Source of the DNA: Candidatus Eiseniibacteriota bacterium
GTDB lineage: Bacteria; Eisenbacteria; RBG-16-71-46
DNA: 59,086 nucleotides
Direction of reading: 5' to 3'
Assembly: GCA_031370785.1 (NCBI GenBank)
Contig: JANMQY010000004.1
Location: 1-59,086 of the forward strand
The translations under genes and the position numbers were made by a program. Within the stretch, counting starts at the first letter, position 1, and every line of letters starts with the position of its first letter. Of this stretch, positions 21,422 to 32,800 are shown piece after piece. The notes beneath the pieces are model-generated. The model was given only the letters and a program-made list of their open reading frames with translations. It was not told the DNA's origin and searched no databases.

Positions 21422-22726
21422 TCAACCTCTCTGGCGTGCCAGGCGCACGGTGCAGGTCGTGCCGCGTCCCGGCTCGCTCTCGATCTCCAGCTTGCCGCCG
21501 GCCGAGGCCACCAACCGCCGGGTGAGGAACAGCCCCAGCCCCGAACCTCTGGCCTTGGTGGTGTGGAACGGGCTGCCCACCTTCTTCAGCATCTCCCGAT
21601 CCATGCCCGGCCCGTCGTCGTTGATCGCGATCTCGATGCGATCGCCTCGCTCGGTGACCGACACCCGCACGTGGCCACCTTCGGGCACGGCTTCGAGCGC
21701 GTTCAGAATCAGGTTCAAGTAGACCTGTTTCAAGGACTCATTGTCGAGCGCCACACGGACACCGGCTGGCGCCGACCCGGGACGTTCGAGCACGACGTGC
21801 CGTGCCGCGAACTCGCCCTCCAGCAGATCGAGGGTCGCGCCGAGCGTGGCGAGTGCATCGCCGGGCTGTCCGGTGGGCTCTTCGCTGCGCGCGAACTGAA
21901 GGTATCGGGTCACGGTGCTGGTGAGCCGGTCGATCTCCTCGATTACGAACTGCGCCATGCGCTGCGCTTCCGGCTCGAGCTTGCCCAGGCGCTGCGCCGA
22001 GCCACGGATGATCGCGAGCGGGTTCTTGATCTCGTGCGCGAGGGTCGCCGTGAGCCGGCCCATCGCCACCAGGTTTTCGGAGCGGCTGAGCCGGCGCTCG
22101 AGCCGCGCAGCCGAGCCGGCGAGGCGCACGAACAGCATCGCCAGTACCGCGATCGCGAGCAGGCTGACCAGCGTGATCGCGCCCAGCGTGTTGCGCAGAT
22201 CGTTCAGCACTCCGAGGTAGCCCGCCTCGGCTTCGATCGCGACCGCGCCGCGCACGCGTCCGCCGGGCTCGGCGATCGGCGCGAACGCCGCGCGCAGGAT
22301 CGAGCGGCCGCGCGGGAACGGGCGCGACACCGCGGGGTGTCCGGCGAACGCGCGCTCGAGCGCGGGGGTTGCGAGCGAATCGAGCTCGCTCGGCAGACCT
22401 TCCAGGTTGTCGCGCGCCAAGGCGTCGACCAGCGTGATCCGCGCGCTGTCGAGCACCGCAGCGCTCACCACTTCCGTGCTGGCGCGCAGCGTCGCGAGCT
22501 GGACCTGGATCGAGCCATACGCGCCGCCTTCCTCGCGCAGCCGCGCATCGGTGATGTCGGAAGCGGCGATCTGATTCGCGGCGGTCGTGGCAATGCGCTC
22601 GAGGCGATGCTCGAACTCCGTCGTCAGCGCGCGCGCGACACCGTGGAACGCGAAGTACGCGGTCGCGACCGTGGCCAGCACCGCCGCGGCCGCAAACAGG
22701 ATGGTGAAAGTGAGCGTGCGCTGCAG
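21422..22726 (-). CDS. Sensor histidine kinase, cognate to the adjacent regulator (start uncertain)
   Basis: Two TMs, LAHEIKNPL, NLILNA, DDGPG, TTKARGSGLGL. The start may be CTG 22726 after GGAGG; ATG 22819 would collide with the divergent gene. Confidence 0.88.
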   Translation of the reverse strand: MQRTLTFTILFAAAAVLATVATAYFAFHGVARALTTEFEHRLERIATTAANQIAASDITDARLREEGGAYGSIQVQLATLRASTEVVSAAVLDSARITLVDALARDNLEGLPSELDSLATPALERAFAGHPAVSRPFPRGRSILRAAFAPIAEPGGRVRGAVAIEAEAGYLGVLNDLRNTLGAITLVSLLAIAVLAMLFVRLAGSAARLERRLSRSENLVAMGRLTATLAHEIKNPLAIIRGSAQRLGKLEPEAQRMAQFVIEEIDRLTSTVTRYLQFARSEEPTGQPGDALATLGATLDLLEGEFAARHVVLERPGSAPAGVRVALDNESLKQVYLNLILNALEAVPEGGHVRVSVTERGDRIEIAINDDGPGMDREMLKKVGSPFHTTKARGSGLGLFLTRRLVASAGGKLEIESEPGRGTTCTVRLARQRG

Positions 22727-22817
22727 GATTCCCTCCCGCGGGTCAGGGATGAGCGCATCCGGGGCTGCTCCTGCCGAGGCGGTGGAGAGCAGCGCCAATC
22801 TAGCCGATAACCCATGC

Positions 22818-23774
22818 ATGAGCGAACCCGAGGAGAACTCGATCGAGGTCGAGCAGTGGTGCGTCGGGTACCGATACGTCGACACCCGGCCGCTGAGCGA
22901 CTCCGAGCTCGAGGTGATCCGTGCCACCGCCGTGCGCAGCGCGTGGACTCTGGCCTGGCAGGCGCCGGCGCCGCTGGTCGTCGGCTTCCCGCTGGTTCTC
23001 GCGATGCCGTGGCTGCCCCTGGCCGTCTGGTTTTCGGCCTTGATGTTCGCGCTCCTGTGCGGCCTGTCGGTCTGGATCTTGTTGGTTCGTGACTCGTGGC
23101 GGAGGTGCGTCACCCTGAATCGAGACGCTCGTGGCGGTGAGGCGTGGACGTTTGAATCGCCGCGGGGGATGGATGCCGCCGGCTCTACGCCGCCGCCCCT
23201 CACGGTCCTGCCGATCTCACTCTATGCCTTCGAGCCTGGGACCTTCACGCTGTCGGAATGGCCGATGTCGATCAACGAGGTCGCGAAGGGACCCAGCTAC
23301 GCGATGCGGGTGCCGGTCGAGGCAACGACCGACGCGGAGAACGCGCAGGCGGTCGCCGATTTCTCGCGGCGCACGCTCAATCACTCCGAGCAGGGCGAGA
23401 TCGAGATCGCCATCCGGAGGCTGCGCTGGCCAGGCTTCTGGCTGCTGATTTCGCCGCTCTGGTTCGCGTTCGTGATCTTCACCGTCAGGGCCGGCCGCTG
23501 GGACTTCTCGAGCGACACGGTTTCCAGCGCCGTGCTTACCGTCCTGTGCGTGATGGGGCTCGCTCGGTACTTCCGCGGATTCGCCCTGACGATCAAGATG
23601 CGACGGGATCTTCGGACCGGCTGGGCAATCACCGCACCGCCGAAAGACTCCCAGGCGCAGGACGGACCGCTGATCGAGGAATTCCTGCCCCACTCGAGGC
23701 TATCGTGGACGGTGAATGGTAGCCCGGCCTTCTGGCGCAATCTGAAGCGCGGGCCGCTCATTCTGCGTCGGTAG
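22818..23774 (+). CDS. Hypothetical membrane protein (4 TM)
   Basis: Long ORF with two hydrophobic hairpins filling the space between recognised genes. Confidence 0.65.
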   Translation: MSEPEENSIEVEQWCVGYRYVDTRPLSDSELEVIRATAVRSAWTLAWQAPAPLVVGFPLVLAMPWLPLAVWFSALMFALLCGLSVWILLVRDSWRRCVTLNRDARGGEAWTFESPRGMDAAGSTPPPLTVLPISLYAFEPGTFTLSEWPMSINEVAKGPSYAMRVPVEATTDAENAQAVADFSRRTLNHSEQGEIEIAIRRLRWPGFWLLISPLWFAFVIFTVRAGRWDFSSDTVSSAVLTVLCVMGLARYFRGFALTIKMRRDLRTGWAITAPPKDSQAQDGPLIEEFLPHSRLSWTVNGSPAFWRNLKRGPLILRR

Positions 23775-23786
23775 CGCTCTTCTCTC

Positions 23787-24533
23787 CTACTCCACCCGCG
23801 CCAGCATCACGGTGATGTTGTCGGGGCCGCCGCGCGCGCGGGCGAGCGCAATCAGCTCGTCGCACGCCTCCTGCAGACCCGGGTGCGACGCGGCCCGGGC
23901 CATCTCGTCATCGCTCACCAACCCGTGCAGGCCGTCGCTGCACAACATCAGCGTGTCGCCGGGGAGCAGGCCGCCCGGGAGCTGCGCGCTGTCCACGTCC
24001 ACGGTCTCGCCCACGCCCACGCTGCGCGTGAGCACGTTGCGCCGCGGGTCGATCCTCGCCTGATCGGGGGTGAGCAGACGATTCGCGACCAGCTGAGCGA
24101 CCAGCGAGTGATCGGCGGTGAGCTGGAGCGGCCGGCCGGCGCGAATCAGGTACGCGCGACTGTCGCCGACATGGGCGACGAACACGTCGCGGCCGCGGAT
24201 CGCGACCGCGGTGCAGGTGGTGCCCATTCCGTTCAGGCCCACCGACTCGAGGCTGCGCGTGTGCACCGCCTCGTGCGCGCCCTCGAGCGCCTTGCGCAGC
24301 GCGACTTCGGGCCGGTCCTCGTCGCAGTCGCGGTACTTCGAGACCACGGTTTCGACCGCGAGCCGGCTCGCCACCTCGCCCGCCGCGGAGCCGCCCATGC
24401 CGTCGGCCACGACCAGCACCGTGCCGCGGCACTCACGCGCGAGGTCGTCCTGCGGAGTCCAGGTCGCGAAAAAATCCTCGTTGTGCTCGCGGCGAAGCCC
24501 GACGTCGGTTGCAGCGCCGACGCTCAGTGTCAT
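23787..24533 (-). CDS. PP2C-family Ser/Thr protein phosphatase (Stp1/PrpC-like)
   Basis: TDVGLRREHNED, VADGMGG, GMGTT, HVGDSRAY, LCSDGL, GGPDNIT. GAGGAG RBS. Confidence 0.95.
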   Translation of the reverse strand: MTLSVGAATDVGLRREHNEDFFATWTPQDDLARECRGTVLVVADGMGGSAAGEVASRLAVETVVSKYRDCDEDRPEVALRKALEGAHEAVHTRSLESVGLNGMGTTCTAVAIRGRDVFVAHVGDSRAYLIRAGRPLQLTADHSLVAQLVANRLLTPDQARIDPRRNVLTRSVGVGETVDVDSAQLPGGLLPGDTLMLCSDGLHGLVSDDEMARAASHPGLQEACDELIALARARGGPDNITVMLARVE

Positions 24534-24639
24534 GGGGACTCCTCAGGGATCAGGTTTGGCTCCGCGCAGCCCGGAGGGGGCGGGTCGAATCCGCAGCACC
24601 AGCACACAGAGTAACCGAACGAAGCGCAGCGCGATCCAG

Positions 24640-24678
24640 AAAAATCACGAGCCCCGCGTTCGACTTCCGCGGGGCTCG
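24640..24678 (-). terminator. Intrinsic terminator after lpdA
   Basis: CGAGCCCCGCG / CGCGGGGCTCG 11-bp stem followed by UGAUUUUU on the minus strand. Confidence 0.65.
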
Positions 24679-24719
24679 GGGCTGCGGTCGCCGACACGAT
24701 ACGGCGCCCGCGCCAATGG

Positions 24720-26144
24720 TCAACGCGTCGCAGCTTTGAGCTCCTGGCGGATCAGGTGAATCGCCATTCCATCTGCATCCTCCGCCGCCTCGCCGAGCGC
24801 TTCGGTCAGCGTGGGGTGCGCGTGGATCGCATGCGCCAGGTCGCGAATGTTGAGGTCGGCCGCAATCGCGAGCGAGCATTCGTGGATCAGCTCGCTGGCC
24901 TTGGCCCCGATGATGTGTGCGCCGAGCACCTGGTCGGTCGCGGCGTCTCCCACCAGCTTCACGAATCCTGCCAGCTCGCCGTCGGCGATGTTGCGACCGT
25001 GCGCGCGGAACGGGAAACGTCCGATCTTGATCTCGCGGCCTTCGGTGCGGGCTTCGCGCTCGGTCAGACCGACGCTCGCGATCTCGGGGCTGGTGAAGGT
25101 CGCCGCCGGCACCGCGCGCCAGTTGGTCTGCGCCGGATGCCCGGCGATGATCTCGGCCGCGGCCTTGCCCTGCGCCGAGGCGAAATGCGCGAGCTGCTTG
25201 ATGTCGGTGACGTCGCCGATCGCGTAGATGTTCCTGACCGAAGTCTGGAGCTTGTCGTTGATCACGATCTTGCCGCGGTCCGCGACCGCCACCCCTACCT
25301 TGTCGAGACCGAGCTCGCTCGAGTACGGGCGCCGCCCGGTCGCGATCAGCACCGTGTCGGCCTCCACGCTCTTGCCGCCCGAGAGGGTCAGCGAGATCGA
25401 GCCGTCGGCGTTGTCCTTCATGCCTTCGACCTTGGCGCCCAGATGGAGCGCGATCTTCTGCTTCTTCATCTCTCGCTCGAGCGTCTGCGCGATCTCATCG
25501 TCCTCGGCGGGTACCAGTCGCGGCAGCATCTCGATCAGCGTCACCTGCGAGCCGATCGCGGCGAAGAAGCACGCGAATTCGCTGCCGACCACGCCGCCAC
25601 CCAGAATCGCGATGCGCCTGGGCTGCTTCTTGAGATCCAGCGCCTGCTGGCTCGTGATCACACGCTCGCCGTCGAGCTTGAATCCGGACGGGAGCGTCGC
25701 GTACGCACCGGTCGCGAGCATGATCGAATCCGCGCTCAGCTCGAGACTGGCGCCCGCGGCGCCGGCCACGACCACCTTGTTCGCGGAGGTGAGCCTGGCC
25801 GCTCCGCGATGAATTTCGACGCCACGGCCCTTGAGCAGGGTGCCTACGCCGCCGGTGAGCTGCTTGACCACGCTGTTCTTGCGCTCGACCAGCTTTGTCC
25901 AGTTGATCTGCGGCTCGCCGACATCGATCCCGAATTCCTTCGCCCGCTTGATCTGTTCGTAGAGGTGCGCGGTGACGATCCACGCCTTGGTCGGGATGCA
26001 GCCCCAGTTGAGGCAAGTGCCGCCCAGCTCTTCCTTCTCGATCACGGCGGCCTTCAAGCCGAGCTGCGCGGCCTTGATGGCGGCGACGTAGCCGCCGGGG
26101 CCGGTACCGACGATGAGCAGCTGGTAGTGACCGGAATCGGGCAT
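24720..26144 (-). CDS. lpdA: Dihydrolipoyl dehydrogenase
   Basis: GTGPGGYVAA, GGTCLNWGCIPTK, GGGVVGSE, IYAIGD, HAHPTLTE. Confidence 0.96.
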   Translation of the reverse strand: MPDSGHYQLLIVGTGPGGYVAAIKAAQLGLKAAVIEKEELGGTCLNWGCIPTKAWIVTAHLYEQIKRAKEFGIDVGEPQINWTKLVERKNSVVKQLTGGVGTLLKGRGVEIHRGAARLTSANKVVVAGAAGASLELSADSIMLATGAYATLPSGFKLDGERVITSQQALDLKKQPRRIAILGGGVVGSEFACFFAAIGSQVTLIEMLPRLVPAEDDEIAQTLEREMKKQKIALHLGAKVEGMKDNADGSISLTLSGGKSVEADTVLIATGRRPYSSELGLDKVGVAVADRGKIVINDKLQTSVRNIYAIGDVTDIKQLAHFASAQGKAAAEIIAGHPAQTNWRAVPAATFTSPEIASVGLTEREARTEGREIKIGRFPFRAHGRNIADGELAGFVKLVGDAATDQVLGAHIIGAKASELIHECSLAIAADLNIRDLAHAIHAHPTLTEALGEAAEDADGMAIHLIRQELKAATR

Positions 26145-26350
26145 GATCGGTTCGCTCGAGATGTTGGTTGGCACGCCGTGGCGAGTGTTCGAGGCCCTCA
26201 CCGCGCCGGCGCACGTATTCGGATGCGGGAAACGCAGCGGCGACTCTAGGGAGCCGGTGCCGCGCGTGTCAACCGCCAGGCCGAGTGCGCGATGCGCCGT
26301 GTTCCGCCCGGCGCTGGTGCCGTGCGACGTGCAGACGCTAGCATGCGCTC

Positions 26351-27007
26351 ATGGATCGAATTGCGGTGTTCGCGCGCCGCCCGCTCGAGGATCGGGTGAA
26401 GACCCGCCTCTCCCCCGCGCTGCCGGCGCGGCTCGCGGTCGCGCTGTACAACGGGATGCTTCGCGACGCGCTGGATGCGGCCGAGGCATGCGGCGCGGAC
26501 GAACGGTGGCTGTTCTGGGCCGAGCCCGTCGGCCCGAGTTTCGCGCCGCGCCAGTGGCGCGAGAGCATTCAGCCGGAGGGAGACCTCGGCGCGCGGCTCG
26601 AGCATGCGTTCGACACGCTGTTCACCCCCCGATCGCGCGCGGTGATCATGGGCGCCGATTGCCCGCGGCTCGACAGCGCGAGGATCCATGCGGCGTTCGC
26701 GGCGCTGGATCGCGCGGACGTCGTGCTCGGCCCCGCGACCGACGGCGGCTACACGCTGATCGGGCTCGCCGCGCCAGCGCCCGGGCTGTTCCAAGGCGTC
26801 AAGTGGAGCACGGACGCCGTGCTCGCGCAGACCCTCGCGAGCGCGCGAGATCTGGGCCTGAAGATCGAGACTCTGCCACCGCTGGATGACCTCGACACGC
26901 CGAACGATCTTGCACGGCTGGTCGCTGCGCTCGCCTTTGCGCCGGCCGCGGTCGCGCCCAACACCCGGCGCGCGCTCACGTCGATGGGACTCCTGCCGCC
27001 GCGCTGA
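26351..27007 (+). CDS. TIGR04282/DUF2064 family glycosyltransferase-like protein
   Basis: VFARRP...VKTRL, QPEGDLGARL, GADCP, VLGPATDGGYTLIGL, WST, DLDTPNDL. Confidence 0.88.
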   Translation: MDRIAVFARRPLEDRVKTRLSPALPARLAVALYNGMLRDALDAAEACGADERWLFWAEPVGPSFAPRQWRESIQPEGDLGARLEHAFDTLFTPRSRAVIMGADCPRLDSARIHAAFAALDRADVVLGPATDGGYTLIGLAAPAPGLFQGVKWSTDAVLAQTLASARDLGLKIETLPPLDDLDTPNDLARLVAALAFAPAAVAPNTRRALTSMGLLPPR

Positions 27008-27042
27008 GTCGGCTCGCCTGCCTGATCGCTCGCGCGAACGCG

Positions 27043-27837
27043 CTACTTCGCCCCTTCCGGCAGCGGCGGCGCCTTGATGCCGAGCTGTTTCTGCACGCGC
27101 ATCATGGCGTCCACCAGCGGCTGCTTCATGGATTCGGGCGGATTGCTCTGCATGGCGAGGTGGTAGTACTTGAGCGCCTCGTTGAAGTCGTCGCGTCGCT
27201 CGTGAACGATGCCGAGGTTGAAGAGCGCAACCGGCTGGTGCGGATCGCGGCGCAGTGCCTGCAGGAACAGCTTCTCGGCGGAGCGCGCATCCCCGAGGTT
27301 GTAGTAGCACACGCCCAGATCCACCAGGGTGGTCGCCCGGGTCGAGTCGCGCGCGAGCGCCGCGCGGTAGTGGACGATCGCGTCGGACCAGTTGCCGGTG
27401 TCGTAGAGCACGTCGGCGAGCCCGATGTGGGCGGTCACGCTGGTCGAGTCTTTGGCGAGCGAGTCGCGGAACGCATCGGCGCGCTTCTGCTGGTCTTCCT
27501 TCGCGCCTTCGACCGGCTGGTTGATGCGATCGACGTTCGCCTTGACCGCGACGAACACGACGACTGCGGCGGCGATCGCTCCGAACATGAGCCACAGCGA
27601 CATCGCCATGCCGGAGTCGGGGCGTGGCCGACGCGGGCGGATGGGCCGGATCATGCGCGGCAAGGGCTCCGCGCTCGGCCCGGATTCGCGTTCCGTCTCC
27701 CGGGGCTCGGGCGTCGAAGCACCCGTCGGAGAGGCGGTGGCGCCGAGCGGAACGAGCGGAAAGTTGCAGCGCTCGCAGGCGGTGCTTCCCAAAGGATTCT
27801 CATGCCCGCAATCGGGACAGCGCAGCGTGTCGGTCAT
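27043..27837 (-). CDS. Zinc-ribbon, TM and TPR protein
   Basis: CPDCG..N....CERC, one TM, TPR repeats (DLGVCYYNLG, FNLGIV). Confidence 0.85.
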   Translation of the reverse strand: MTDTLRCPDCGHENPLGSTACERCNFPLVPLGATASPTGASTPEPRETERESGPSAEPLPRMIRPIRPRRPRPDSGMAMSLWLMFGAIAAAVVVFVAVKANVDRINQPVEGAKEDQQKRADAFRDSLAKDSTSVTAHIGLADVLYDTGNWSDAIVHYRAALARDSTRATTLVDLGVCYYNLGDARSAEKLFLQALRRDPHQPVALFNLGIVHERRDDFNEALKYYHLAMQSNPPESMKQPLVDAMMRVQKQLGIKAPPLPEGAK

Positions 27838-28001
27838 GCTCTTTCTCCGGGGAGAGGACGCGGGCCGGCCGCCGCGATGTGAACCCGATCTGGCGCAGGG
27901 CACGATAGCGGCGGGCTCAGCAGCGGGCAAGCGGCCGCGGGGCCTGGGGCGCAGCTCGACCGGAACAGCGGTGATCCGCCGTCTGCTCTACTTTCTCAAC
28001 A

Positions 28002-29636
28002 TCAACGGCGAGCTCCGGGCCATCGACGCGCAAGCTCCTTTTCGACAAGGCGAGCCTCCCTCAGCCTGCCTGACTGGAGGAGTGCAGTGAACTGCCCATC
28101 GAGAGCGCTCGGCAGGGTGTCGCCGAGGGCGCGCACGCTACGGAACGTCGTTTCGGCCTCGGGCCACGAGCCCCTGGCCATCTGCACTCGCGCCTGGTGC
28201 ATCAATGCCGACTGTCCGTGTCCCCAGCGCTCGAGCCAGCCGCGTTGCTCGTAATAGAAGAACTCGGTGTTGTCTGACACCGGAGGAATCGTTGCGCTGA
28301 AGCCGCCGTAGACGATCTGCGGTTCGAAGAGCCGCAAAGTCTCTCCGCCGCGCATGGCGGATTCGAGCGGAAAATACGAAGTTCGTTGCGCCAGGTCCTC
28401 CGGACGGGTTGGGGCACCGGTCATCAGATCAAACCTTGCCCGAGGAACCGGATTGACGAATGCGACTCGTGTGCCAGGGCGCAGAGCCGCGGCGCGGAGC
28501 GCCGGCAAGGCGTGACTCAGAAGCATTGCATCTCGAATCGTTCGGTCGACGGGGAGCGCGTCGCGCGTCGCAGTTCTCCTGACGTCAATGTCATGCGCTT
28601 CAATCAGAACGTAGCCGCCGAGTACAGCAAGACCGATGGCGGTTCGTGTCCGGTTCGGCCAGGTCGCCAGCAACGCCTCGCCGAGCAACGCCAGGGCGAT
28701 CGCACCCCCGATCCACGGAACGTAGAGATAGTAGAGATACGTGTGGTGCGTCAGTGGAAGCACGGGAAGCAGGAACGCCAGCCACCATCCGACTCCTACG
28801 GCAACGGGAAGTCGAGCGTCTCGAGGCCCCCGGAAGAGCGCGATGCCGAGTGCCAGGCAGAGTGGCGCCCCGAGCCGCCATGAACCCTCATCGGCACTCG
28901 CAACCTGATCACGGATCGGGTCCCACAAGGCCACGCACCACTTCGCGTAGGTGAAGAAGTTCTGCACCAGGAACGGAGGGGATGCCGTAAGCGCATAGGC
29001 ATCTGATGGGCCGAGTGGAGGAGGTCCCCCACTGGCCAGGACGATCACGACAAACGCGGAGGCGAACGCTACGGCAGGAAGAAGGGCCCGGAATCTGGGC
29101 GGCTGGCGACTTGATTTCCATTCGAGCAGGGCGACCACGAGCACCCACCCTATCGCGATCTCCTTGGAGAACATCGCCGCGAACGCGACGAGCGACGCAG
29201 CCCATCGCCATGCTGAACCCCATTGGATCGACTCGAGGTGAAGGAGTGTGGCGCAAAGGAGCAACGTGCCGGTGAGCAGCTCGACCACCCCCGCCGCCCA
29301 ATGGACGGGCGTGAAGGCAATCGATGAGCAACCGAAAAGGATCGCGGCCGCGACCGCCGACTCGCGTCGGCCGCCGATCCTGATGGTGAGAACGTAAACC
29401 CCAGCCACATTCAACAGGTGAAGCGCGAGATTCACGACGTGGTAGCCAAGAGGGTTCAGCCCAAAGACGGCGTACAGGAGCCGAAACGTCAGTCCGCTGG
29501 ACAGCGATCGCAGGAGACCGGGCCCCGGCTCCAGTCCCGCCGCACGGGACAAGAATGTGATGTCGTCCTGGGCGAAGAACGTCCCGAGCGCTCCGAAGTA
29601 GACCATTCCCGCAAGAAGAAGGGCGGGGGTGAGCAT
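28002..29636 (-). CDS. Multi-TM GT-C fold (PMT/ArnT-like) glycosyltransferase-like protein
   Basis: FAQDD, FGLNPLGYHVVNLALHLLN, FSKE, YYLYVP and many TMs. Start uncertain. Confidence 0.75.
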   Translation of the reverse strand: MLTPALLLAGMVYFGALGTFFAQDDITFLSRAAGLEPGPGLLRSLSSGLTFRLLYAVFGLNPLGYHVVNLALHLLNVAGVYVLTIRIGGRRESAVAAAILFGCSSIAFTPVHWAAGVVELLTGTLLLCATLLHLESIQWGSAWRWAASLVAFAAMFSKEIAIGWVLVVALLEWKSSRQPPRFRALLPAVAFASAFVVIVLASGGPPPLGPSDAYALTASPPFLVQNFFTYAKWCVALWDPIRDQVASADEGSWRLGAPLCLALGIALFRGPRDARLPVAVGVGWWLAFLLPVLPLTHHTYLYYLYVPWIGGAIALALLGEALLATWPNRTRTAIGLAVLGGYVLIEAHDIDVRRTATRDALPVDRTIRDAMLLSHALPALRAAALRPGTRVAFVNPVPRARFDLMTGAPTRPEDLAQRTSYFPLESAMRGGETLRLFEPQIVYGGFSATIPPVSDNTEFFYYEQRGWLERWGHGQSALMHQARVQMARGSWPEAETTFRSVRALGDTLPSALDGQFTALLQSGRLREARLVEKELARRWPGARR

Positions 29637-29803
29637 GAAGGCATGTGAGTCACGCGAGAACCCGCGAGTCACGCGGATCCCTGCCCGATCCCAGCGCGAC
29701 GCCAGAGGCATTTGATCACTCGGTGCTTCGCTTCCCTGCCCTGCTGGTCGGCGCATGCAGCATTCTTGCCGACAAAACGTGCCAATGCTAGCGTCGCATG
29801 TTC

Positions 29804-32800
29804 ATGCGCACACTCCCGAAGCTCATCGCCCTGGCGTTCGCCAGCGCGCTGCTCGCGCCGATCGCCCACGCCGAAGAAGTACGCGTCACCCTCCTCCACA
29901 CCACCGACCTCCACGGTGCGCTCACCGCCTACGACTACCTGAGCGATCGGCCCGATGGCCGCGGACTCACCCGCATCGCCACCCTGGTCAAGCGCGTACG
30001 CGGCGAAGGCGTGCCGACCCTGCTGATGGATGCCGGCGATTGCATCCAGGGCGGCGGCATCGAGGCGATGTACCAGCACAGCGACCGCTCCAGGACCGAC
30101 CCGATGATCGCGGCCATGAACGCGATCGGATATGACTGCATGACGGTCGGCAATCACGAGTTCAATTTCGGCATGAACGTCCTGCGCAAGGCCGAAGGCG
30201 TTGCGCGCTTCCCATTCCTCGGCGCGAACATTCTGCGCGACGACAACCGGCTTGCCGCATTCAACACCTCGTTCGTGAAGGTCGTGAACGGTGTGCGGGT
30301 CGGCGTCGTCGGAATCACGACGCCCGCGATTCCGTTCTGGGAGGACTCGGCGAATTACGCGGGGCTCAACTTCGGCTCGCCGGTCTACATCGCCCAGCTC
30401 GAGGTGGGGCGGTTGCGTCAGCGGGAGAAGTGCGACGTGGTCGTGATCCTCGCCCACACCGGGCTCGAGCGCGATCCCGTGACCGGGATCGAGAAGACCG
30501 GCGACGACGCTTCGGCCGAGAACTGGGGCTATCGACTGGCGCACGATGTCCCGGGCGTGGACATCGTGATCCTCGGCCACACCCACGTGGTGGTTCCGTC
30601 GGCCGAGGTGTACGGCGTGCTGGTGACACAGGCCGGCAAATGGGGCGAGAACCTGGGACGCATCGATCTCACGCTTTCGCGCGCCGCCGCGGGCGATCCA
30701 TGGAAGCTGGACCGTCGCCGGGCGCAGATCATCGCGGTCACCGACACGACCCCCGACGATCCCGAAATCGCGCGCCTCGCGGCGCCGTGGCACGAAGAGA
30801 CGCAGCGCTGGCTGTCGCGCGTGGTCGGCACGGCCTCCGGGGAGCTGGCCTCGCCGCGCGGTCGGTTCGCGCCTTCGGCGATCTGGGAGCTGATCCATCG
30901 CGCCCAGCTCGACGCCAGCGGAGCCGATGTCTCGCTCGCATCGCTTTTCAACCCTGAGGCGCGCATCGCGCCGGGGCCGGTCACGATGCGCGACGTGCTC
31001 AAGGTGTATCCCTACGACAACACGCTTGGCACTGTGTCGCTCACCGGCGCCGAGCTGCGGGAGACGCTCGAGGAATCGGCGCGCTACTTCCGCACCTATG
31101 ATTACGCCGCCGACCGACCGCTGACTTCAGGTGCGCGGGCTGGCTTCAACTTCGATGCCGCGTACGGCGTGAGCTACGACGTCGATCTCACCCGGCCGCC
31201 CGGCGAGCGCATCCGGAACCTGATGTTCCAGAACCAGCCGCTCGCTTCGGACCGCACGCTCAAGGTGGCGGTCAACAACTACCGCCTGAACGGCGGCGGC
31301 GGCTTCGAAGCGATTCGCCGGGCGCCCCGAGTGTGGCACTCCGATCGCGAGGTGCAGGACCTGCTCGCCGAGTGGATCGGCAGGAGCGGGCCACTCGACG
31401 GCTCGTTCACCCGCAACTGGAGCGTGATTCCCGATTACGCCGCAACCCTCGAGCGGCCGCTGATCGACCGGCTGGTCCGTGAAGGCGTGGCGCCGAAGGA
31501 AGAGCTGCTGCGCATGGAGAGCGACGAGCCGGCCAAGCGCGGCGACGTCGCGTACTGGCTCGCGCGCGCGTTCGGATGGCGCGAGCGGAAGCTGTCCGGC
31601 GCGTTCGCCGACGTGCCCGACTCGCTCGAGCCGTGGCTCGACGGGCTGATGAAGCGGCGCGTGCTCGGAGCGGCGGCCAGCAGCGACAGGATGGAGCCGT
31701 TCAAGAACGCGGACCCCTGGACCGCGATCTCGTGGTGCGAGGCCTCTGCCCGCGCCGCGGGGCTGGTGCTGGCGCCCGGCACCGATCCCTCGTTCCGCAG
31801 GAGCGTGCTGACCGGCACCGGTGTCTCGCGTGCGTCGCTCGCCGCCGGCGGCGGTGAGACGCTGACCCACGCGCAGCTGCTCGGGCTCGTCTCCAACACG
31901 CGCTTCCCCACCGTGCGTGTGCTCGAGACCACCGACTTCCACGGCGCCATCCTGCCCGGCGCGCGCGAGCGCAGGAGCCGCCGGCCGGTCGGGGGCTCGC
32001 CGGTGCTGGCCGCCTACGTGAAACAGCTGCGCGCAGAAAACCCCGAGGGCACCATCCTGCTCGACGGCGGCGACTGGTTCCAGGGCACCATGATCTCGAA
32101 CCTCCAGTTCGGCCGTCCCGTGGTCGAGCAGATGAACATGCTCGAGTACACCGCGGCGGCGATCGGCAATCACGATTTCGACTGGTCCGCCGACACGCTC
32201 GCCCGGCGCGCGGCCGAGATGCACTTCACGACGCTCGGAGCCAATTGCATCGTGCGCAAGACCGGACGGCGCCCGCACTACGCCCGCGCCGACACCGTGG
32301 TCATGCGCCGAGGCGTGCGGATCGGCATCCTCGGCCTTTGTTATCGCAACACTCCGACCGTGACCCTCGCCGCCAACGTCGCGCACCTGCGCTTCGAGGA
32401 CGACTCGGCCGCCGCGGCGCGGCTGGTGCCCGACCTGCGCAAGCGCCGGGGCGCCACGCTGGTGCTCGGCGTCGGACACGTCCCGGCGGAAACCGACTCG
32501 ACCATGCGCGCGCTGAGCGGCGACCTGCCGCGCCTCGCGCGCGGCGTCAAGGGCGTGGATGCGTGGTTCGGCGGGCACAGCCACAATTTCGTACTGGACG
32601 AGATCGGCGGCGTGCCGCTCATGATCTCCGGCTCGCACTCCGAAGTGATCGGTCTGTGCGACCTGACCATGGATCCGCTGAAGGGCCGGGTGATCGAACG
32701 GCGCTCGCGCTTCGTGAACACCTTCGCCGACGAAATCGTGCCCGACAGCGCGATGAGCGCCGCGGTGGAGCGCTGGAACTCCGCGATCGCGCCACTCGCG

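Noticed and set aside
28002..29750. Mobile element around the AT-richer glycosyltransferase-like gene
   Set aside because: No transposase, terminal repeats or target duplication were seen; only a compositional hint of horizontal origin.
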